In this document: one piece after another, positions 41,291 to 64,000 of the stretch | How the letters are laid out: each line of letters begins with the position of its first letter | Numbering within the stretch: position 1 is the first letter of the stretch | NCBI RefSeq assembly: GCF_009914755.1 | Contig: NC_060941.1 | Source of the DNA: the human T2T-CHM13v2.0 reference genome, Homo sapiens | Direction: 5' to 3' (one strand) | DNA length: 64,000 nt | Position numbers and translations under genes: made by a program | Notes under the pieces: generated by a model | Databases searched by the model: none | What the model was told of the DNA's origin: nothing | Seen by the model: the letters and a program-made list of their open reading frames with translations, nothing else

Positions 41291-42397
41291 ATTTCTAGGT
41301 AACCATTTATTATAAATTATAGTACAGCTATATAATGAAACACCTCTCAGCATTTCTTATAAAAAGAAATGTACTATAGCGATACAACACAGATGAATCT
41401 GGAAACATTATGCTGAGCAGAGGAATCTAGACACAGAAGACGATATGCTGTGTGATTCCGTTCAGATGAAGTTGTAGAAAAGATGAGTCTAACTGGTAGT
41501 GATAGAAAGCAGATGGGTGGCAGCCTGGGGCTGAGTTGGGGTGAGGACTGAGTGCGGGGGGGTGGTGGTTTCTGGAGTGATAGAGATGTTCTGTGTGTCA
41601 AATGTGGGGGTGGCTGCATCGCCCTATGCATTTGTCAGAACTCATTGAATTATGCACTGGAGAATGGTGTGTTTTATTGCAAGTAAATTATGCTTAAAAA
41701 AAAGTTGAATCAAAAATATTTTTAAAAACCATCCATTAATTCAGAAACAGTAGGGATGCATTGTACAAAACTAGAAAATTCAGACCAGCAAGAGAAGGAG
41801 TTTTGCTTACTTTTCCGAAGGGAGGTGTGACAGCATATTTGTATGCTGTTGAAAATGACACAGCAGAATGCAAAGTTCAAGCTGTAGGACAGGGATGGCT
41901 CAGGTAGAAGCACTGAGAGTTTGTTTCTGGGAACAAGCAGCCATGCCAATGCTGGCAAGTTGGAAGTTTGTGGAAGTTCTTGTCTCATTTCTTCAATGGT
42001 TCTTAGTGAGCTTGAGAGCAAGGTAGACAACCCTCCTGAGGATGAGGATAGGGGGAGAGGTATTGGGCCTTTGAGGAGAAAGAAGGCACGAGATGGTTGT
42101 CCAGGAGAGGAAGAGTGGATGGATGCGGAAGTCAAGCATGCCCCAAGCAAGCATGGGGATGTTCCCAACCCAGGTGCAGGTGCAGAGTAGGAAGAGGCCT
42201 GTGGTTTTGCAAGTACAGGTGAGTGAAGAGTCAGGGAGTTGTTGTGTGTGCAAGGGAGTGAAGTAAGTGAAGACCATGGAATTCAAGCTGGATACGGAGG
42301 GAGAGAGGACTTCAAGGGGATGAAGGTGGTAGCACCAATGGATTGGAGATCTTGGTGGGCTCAAAGGATGGATGGAATCAGAATTCTAGAAAATTGG

Positions 42398-50333
<7,936 letters not shown>

Positions 50334-50366
50334 TGAACTAGTTGAGTAAGGTACAGATGTCACACC

Positions 50367-51004
50367 TACTATGGACTGAATGTTTGTGATGTGATGGTAT
50401 TTGGAGTTGGGGCCTATGGGGGTAATTAGAGTTGGATGAGTTCATGGGGTAAGATACTGCTTATGATGGACATGGTGCCCTTGTAAGAAGGGACACCAGA
50501 GAGCTTGTCTCTCTGAGAGCATGCACTAAGGAAAGGGCATTTGAGGACACAGTGGCAAAGTAGCCCTCTGCAAAACAGGAAGAGAGCCCTCACCGGAGTG
50601 CAACTATGTTGGCATCCTGATCTCAGACTTCCAGCATCCAGAATGTGAGAAAATAAATGTCTGTTGTTTATGCCACTAAGTCCATGGTATGTCACACAGG
50701 CTGGAGTGCAGTGGCTCGATCTCGGCTCACTGCAAGCTCCGCTTCCCAGGTTCACACCATTCTCCTGCCTCAACCTCCTGAGTAGCTGGGACTACAGGCG
50801 CCTGCCACCACGCCTGGCTATTTTTTTCTTTTTTTGTATTTTTTAGTAGAGACAGGGTTTCACCGTGTTAGCCAGGATGGTGTCGATCTCCTGACCTCGT
50901 GATCTGCCCGCCTCAGCCTCCCAAAGTGCTGGGATTAAAGGCGTGAGCCACCGCGCCTGGCCCAAGTCCATGGTATTCTATGGCAGCCTGAGCCGACTAA
51001 GACA
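50367..51004 (+). mobile_element. MaLR solo LTR (MLT1A/MST-like) interrupted by a tailless antisense Alu (50691-50962)
   Basis: tactatggactgaatgtttgtg start; tctcagacttccagcatccagaatgtgagaaaataaatgtctgttgttta; gactaagaca end. Confidence 0.85.
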
Positions 51005-51184
51005 ACCCCTAAATACTGCATGTACATCTGCTAAGAATAAAGACATTCGCTTACATCATCACACCAAGAAAATTGGTAAGCTCCAGAATATTCAATATCC
51101 AATTCGTAGTTAGATTTCTTCCAAATTGTCCTCAGAATGTTTTCTATTTATTCAAAATTTTTGTTTATTTATTTAATTTATTTT

Positions 51185-53570
<2,386 letters not shown>

Positions 53571-53600
53571 CATCTTGGGGATCCATTTTGAACCTCTTCA

Positions 53601-54456
<856 letters not shown>

Positions 54457-54519
54457 ATTTATAGTATAAAATGAAAGCCACTAGGCTTTCGGCTCAGCCC
54501 CTTTTCCTTACACTGCCAG

Positions 54520-55160
54520 TCAGCTGCGCTCAGGGACCCGCAGTTCAGAGTTCAACACGGGCAGATTCCCTCTCTTCCTTGCTTGCTCCTGCCAGCCGCA
54601 GCCGTGGGCCAGTACAGCATGGCCCGGCCCCGCCCCGGCTCTTTCCAGAGGTCCGCAGCCTGGCCGGCCCAGCGGGCGGAACCGATAGTGTCTGGCACTT
54701 GGCTCGCCCGGACTCTGAATCCTGGAGCACCAGGCGCCCACGAGAACGCTGTTCTCTTTGGCTTCCGGGCGCACGCTACTCTGTCGCCGCCGTCAGACCG
54801 GAATTGCCGGTGCCGCCGCCACCGCTGTCTGTGCGCCCACCTCTGCTGCTACCATGGGGATCTTAGAGAAGATCTCGGAGATCGAGAAGGAGATCGCTCG
54901 GACACAGAAGAACAAGGGTGAGGGCCGGCCGGGCGGGGCCTTCCTTTCTGCCTGCCTCAGTTTTCCTGTCTGTAAAATGGGGGAACAACTCCAGCAGTAA
55001 TGCTGGGGCAAGATCCGAGGCCGCGGAGAAGTTGCCAGACAAGTGCCGAGGCCGCCCTGCGCGCCCAAGGCAGGGCCAGGCGGGAGCGGGTCTCACGCCC
55101 AGGTCTGACTGCAAACGTACCCCAAGAGATCTGGTCAGTCCCAGACCGTGTGCCCGAGTA
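54520..55160 (+). promoter_or_regulatory. DRG2 CpG island promoter (GC box 54626-54636, ETS CTTCCGG 54762-54768)
   Basis: CpG-rich segment around DRG2 exon 1 with motif matches. Confidence 0.88.
54854..54917 (+). CDS. DRG2: DRG2 coding exon 1 (developmentally regulated GTP-binding protein 2; MGILEKISEIEKEIARTQKNK)
   Basis: Strong Kozak accATGG; recognised DRG2 N-terminus; donor AGG|GTGAGG; 64 nt, phase 1. Confidence 0.97.
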
Positions 55161-55344
55161 GAGTAGTCCCAGCTCACAGAGCAAGCATCTGACCCAGAGA
55201 GAGGCGGAGCTGGGGTTCAAACCTCAGTCTCCTGATGGCTGGGCCTGGGGCCTGGGTCTACTCTGTTGTTTTGGGAAGTGCAAGAGGAGACCTCTCAGGA
55301 ACAGCCTCACCCAGCAGCTGAGAGCCCATTGGAGCAAGGGAATC

Positions 55345-55555
55345 AGGACTCTGGAGTCTGGAAGGCCTGGGTTTGAGCCCCAGGTCCACCACGTACCTTC
55401 TGTAAAACATTGGAAAGTCACTTCATTTCTTGGAGTCTCAGTGTCCTCATCTGTAAATGGGGTAATACTCCCCTGCTCCATCTTAGTACACAGCTGAGTT
55501 AAATTAGATGGCCTTTACAAAGCACTGGGCACATGGTGAGCACTCAGTATTTAAA
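55345..55555 (+). mobile_element. MIR
   Basis: ctgggtttgagccc...tctcagtgtcctcatctgtaaatggggtaata core. Confidence 0.75.
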
Positions 55556-55974
55556 GTAAACACCCCAACATAGATAATACATAATGAAGCCTCAAATCTG
55601 GACTTTAGAATGTAAGGGCTGGAGGAGCTCACAGAAGAGAGGTGAGGAGAGAACGATGACACCAGGACAAAGTGGGACTTGAGCTGGTTGTTGGAAGGGT
55701 ATCCCAGGTGGGGGCCACTGCTGAGACAAAGACATGGGAGTGAGCATGGTATGTTCATGGGACAGTGAGAACAATCTAGATCAGAAGGGGGTTATGGAAG
55801 AGTAATGGGAGATGCAATTGGCCAGGCTAGTGGCTAGCCATTCAGGCTTGTGGGAGCAGGAAGCAAGCAACACTAGATAGCTGGTCCCAGTGTCTGCCCT
55901 CCCTTGGTTCCATTTAGGTTTGAAGGCCAAGGAGTTGAGGGCCCTCTATGACTCATTCCTTCTGTAAATCTTTT

Positions 55975-59280
<3,306 letters not shown>

Positions 59281-59347
59281 AGAAAGCAACTGTGTCTGGA
59301 ATGTAGCAGAGTGTGTTGAAGTAGCCAGGAGCCAGGTAACATAGGGT

Positions 59348-60101
59348 CCTGGTTCTCAGTCTCAACGACGGCCTCCTTTTAGAGCAAAGAGTTTGTAACA
59401 CCATTTACAGTCCTGAAATGAAATTCCCCATCAGTAATATAACTTGAATTTGAAAAAAACCAATATAATACCCTAATAGTAATATAAAGGAGAAGAAGAA
59501 AAAGGAAAGTAATTTATAATGAAAATGGTATTTATTTAAATACATAAATGCTGGAGTGCTGCCAGGATCTAACGAAGTTACCCTGAAGCAGTAGAATGCT
59601 CATGCCTCTAGGTAGAATCACTGGGGATGTGACAGCCACGATGCAGGTGTGTTGTATTGGCCACTGAGTTACACCCCAAGAGGGGCTGCCATGGCAGCGT
59701 GGGATCCCAGAATGGTGAGCAGCTCTAGGTAAAGTTTCAGACAAAGCATGACATAGTCTTCCCTTCATATACATAATAGTTGCATTCCTGGGAATTTCAG
59801 TGTATATTAACACTGTACAAAATGTCCTGTGTTTATATGTAAACAGAGCTAGGTTCTAGGCCTGGCGATCCTAACCCAGGTTTTCCCTCTGTGGATGCCT
59901 TTGGGATGTGACAAGTCATGGACTTGGGATAATTCTCCTCAGCTACATAGGACTGACTCACCTAATAGGGCAGCTGGTTTCCCTGCCCCCTGCCCAATAG
60001 ATGCCAATGCGTACTTCACCATCAAAGTGAACAGAAAACATCTCCCAGAATTTCCAGAATGCCCCCCAGGAAGCGGTGCCCCCTCTGTTGAGAACCATTG
60101 G
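59348..60101. mobile_element. MER20-family hAT fossil
   Basis: TIR-like ends tggttctca ... ttgagaacca; the right-hand part resembles MER20. Confidence 0.5.
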
Positions 60102-60632
60102 TGAGAACCATTTGGTGAAGTCTCAACAAAGAGGCGGGATTTTTTTTTTTTTTTTTGAGATGGAGTTTCACTGTTGTTGCCCAAGCTGGAGTGCAATGAC
60201 GTGATCTCGGCTCACCACAACCTCTGCCTCCTGGGTCAAGTGATTCTTCTGCCTCAGCCTCCCAAATAGTTGGGATTACAGGCATGAATGACCATGCCCA
60301 GCTAATTTTGTATTTTTAGTAGAGACAGGGTTTCTCCATGTTGGTCAGGCTGGTCTCGAACTCCTGACCTCAGGTGATCCACCCGCCTCGGCCTCCCAAA
60401 GTGCTGGGATTACAGGCGTCAGCCACTGCGCCCGGTCTAAGAGACTGGATTTTATCTTAAATGAAGTGAGAAGCCAAGGGGGCCTTTTAAGCAGAGAGAT
60501 TTTTTTTTTTTCTCCTGATCTCCTTGACAGCAGTTGCTTCCCAGCCAGCACTTGGCGACATGTGGGCCCTGCCTGACCCCTGGGCTTGGACACCCTGGCC
60601 ACTCATCTTCTGTCTTGCTTTCCATCCTTTAG

Positions 60633-60793
60633 CCACTGAGTATCATCTGGGCCTGCTGAAAGCTAAGCTCGCCAAGTATCGGGCCCAGCTCCTGGAACCG
60701 TCCAAATCGGCCTCGTCCAAAGGAGAGGGCTTTGATGTCATGAAGTCGGGTGATGCCCGTGTGGCGCTGATTGGATTTCCCTCTGTGGGTAAG
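60633..60793 (+). CDS. DRG2: DRG2 exon 2 ([54 protein letters not shown]). Gene continues beyond the window
   Basis: Acceptor tccatcctttag|CC, donor AAG|GTCAGT; 161 nt; ends in the OBG/DRG G1 P-loop GFPSVGK(S). Confidence 0.97.
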
Positions 60794-61226
60794 GTCAGTG
60801 ATGGTCAGTGTGGGCCTCGGGGAGGAAAGCAAGAAGTCATCTTTCAAACAGGTGACCATCCAGGCTCCCCTCGCTGCCTTTCTGCTTAGCTCCAGGGACA
60901 CAGAAGACCTGGCCTCCCCCAGGGTCAGATCCCAGCCCTTTATCATCCTAACATGGAGGACGCTCTTTCCTCTTGCCAGCAGATGGAGCCCTACTTGGTC
61001 TTCCGACTCAGTCATCACACACAAATACTTCTCGAGTGTGTATCTCTAGCGGTGTCATGTGCTGGGCACTGTGCCAGGGACTAGAGACATAGCATGAATG
61101 AGACAGAGCTCTGTCCCTGCCCACATAGATCTCCCATTCTTGAAGAGAAAGGACAGTAAATAAGTAATAAGGTGCATCCAGTGGTGAGGAGTGGGGGCTG
61201 GTGAGTGACAGGGTGAAGGTCTGCTA

Positions 61227-62155
<929 letters not shown>

Positions 62156-62183
62156 TAAAATAAACATCATTGCAGGGTTTTGA

Positions 62184-62522
<339 letters not shown>

Positions 62523-62524
62523 TA

Positions 62525-63490
62525 AAGTAAACTTTTTATTTTAGAATAGTCTTAGATTTACAGAAAAATTGCAAAGGTAATACAGAGTTCCCATATACCC
62601 CACACCCATTTTCCCTGGCAGTTAACATTTTACACCAATGAATATTGATCTGTTCTTGCCTCAAGTCTGGCTTTATGCAGATTTCCTTAGCTCCTCCCCA
62701 CTGTCCTTTTTCTGTCCTGAGATCCCACATCACAGTTCAGTTGTTATGTCTCCTTAGGCTCTTCTAGACAGTTCCTTAGACTTGCCTTGATTTGATAACC
62801 TTGACGGTTTTAAGGAGTACCATTCCCATATTTTGTAGAAAGTCCTTCAGTTGGGGTGTGTCCAATGTTTTTCTCGTGGTTAATCTGGGGTTATAGTTAG
62901 CAAGGAAGGCCACAGAGGTAAAGTGCCATTTTTATCACATCGCATGAAGGCCACATACTGTCAACATGACTTACCCCTGCTGATGTTGATCTTGACCACC
63001 TGGCTGAGGTGTGTCAGGTTTCTCCACCGTGGAGACGCTCTCTTCTCCCCTTGCCATGCCGCTTTGGGGAGGGAGGTGACTGTGTGCAGTCCAATTCCAT
63101 CGCCTCCTTGAGGGGAGCATCTACAGAAACTGTTTGGAATTCTTCTGCATGGGAGATTTGTCTCTCTTCTCCCATTCATTCGTTTTATTCAATCATTTAT
63201 TGATATCCGTATGGATTCGTGGGGGGTTATTTTGTGCTTTGGGGTCTAAACCCATACCATGTTCTTTTGCTGCTCAAATCTTTTTAGCTTTGGAGCTATT
63301 TTAGTTGGCTTCTTTGATGTACTTCCACCATTGTGTTTTTCCAGCACTTCCTCACTTTCTGACACTGCAAGATGCCTCAGGCTCATTTTGTATATTCCCT
63401 GCCCTGGCCTAGAATCTGCCATTTCTCTAAGGAGCCCTGGTTCCTTTGATTGGAGAATAGCATTAGAAACTACCATCTGGGCGCTGACTT
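62525..63490 (-). mobile_element. Old L1MC-like 3' fragment in DRG2 intron 2, preceded by three Alus (~61512-62522)
   Basis: ttagatttacagaaaaattgcaaag...acagagttcccatataccc; ttctctaaggagccctggttcc. Confidence 0.7.
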
Positions 63491-64000
63491 ACTTTTTTAC
63501 AGAATCACTCTGGCTGTTGTGTAGATAGCAGGTTATAGCAGGGCAAAGTGAAGTGGGACAGTGGAGAGGTTGCTAGAATATAGGCCAAGTGAGCAACAAC
63601 CAAAGCTCTGGACAGGTGCTGGGGAGCAGCTTCTAACTCAGTTCAGCTGAACAATTTGAGCCCACACCCAGTTTCCATTGCTCTGGGCCAGGCACAGGGG
63701 ATGGTGGTTAACAGCTACCTTTTCTTGAGTGCTTGCTGCAGGCTGGGCAGTGTTTAGTTTTATTTGTTGTACTGTCTGCCTATATGATTGGTATATGTAT
63801 CAGAGAGAGAGAGATTGATAGAGAAGCCGCTCTAGTTACCAAGAGCCGTGACCCTTGAAGTCTGGGCCCATGGCAGATCCCACCTGCCTTATTGGGAGTA
63901 TAGGCTCTCCCACCGTGGGAGGGCCCAGGTCTTACAGGGGCCAGACAGAATCAGGGAGTGGCCCCGAGGTTGGTTGCTGGCTGTCTCAACAGCCATTGCT

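Noticed and set aside
54758-54853. Open in-frame stretch upstream of the DRG2 ATG (TTG start in the track)
   Set aside because: Poor context for a near-cognate start, GC-rich leader, and the true ATG has an optimal Kozak

Overview
Human genomic DNA. From the encoded proteins it is the ATPAF2 / GID4 / DRG2 locus, which I recall lies at 17p11.2 in the Smith-Magenis interval. It holds coding exon 1 of ATPAF2 (- strand) head-to-head with the complete 6-exon GID4 gene (+ strand, 300 aa spliced by hand, ~3.2 kb 3'UTR) across a ~450 bp bidirectional CpG-island promoter. The promoter and first two coding exons of DRG2 (+) follow. The rest is mostly repeats: roughly 80 Alu copies or fragments by eye, old L1M/L1P, L2, MIR, MER2, MER5, MER20, MER30, MER58, a MaLR LTR and a truncated U3 snoRNA retropseudogene. 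Nearly all ORFs in the supplied track are repeat-derived or GC-rich artefacts. I see no new protein-coding gene or multi-gene system. The best leads are regulatory hypotheses: (1) GID4, itself an N-degron receptor, has two in-frame starts that would expose N-terminal Cys (from a weak ATG inside a GT microsatellite) or N-terminal Pro (its own ligand class); (2) a perfect TISU element in the ATPAF2 leader opens a 7-aa uORF instead of the main ORF; (3) three retro-insertions (U3 plus two inverted Alus) appear stacked on one target site; (4) several candidate splice, polyA and RNA-structure switches. Repeat subfamily calls and boundaries are by eye and approximate.
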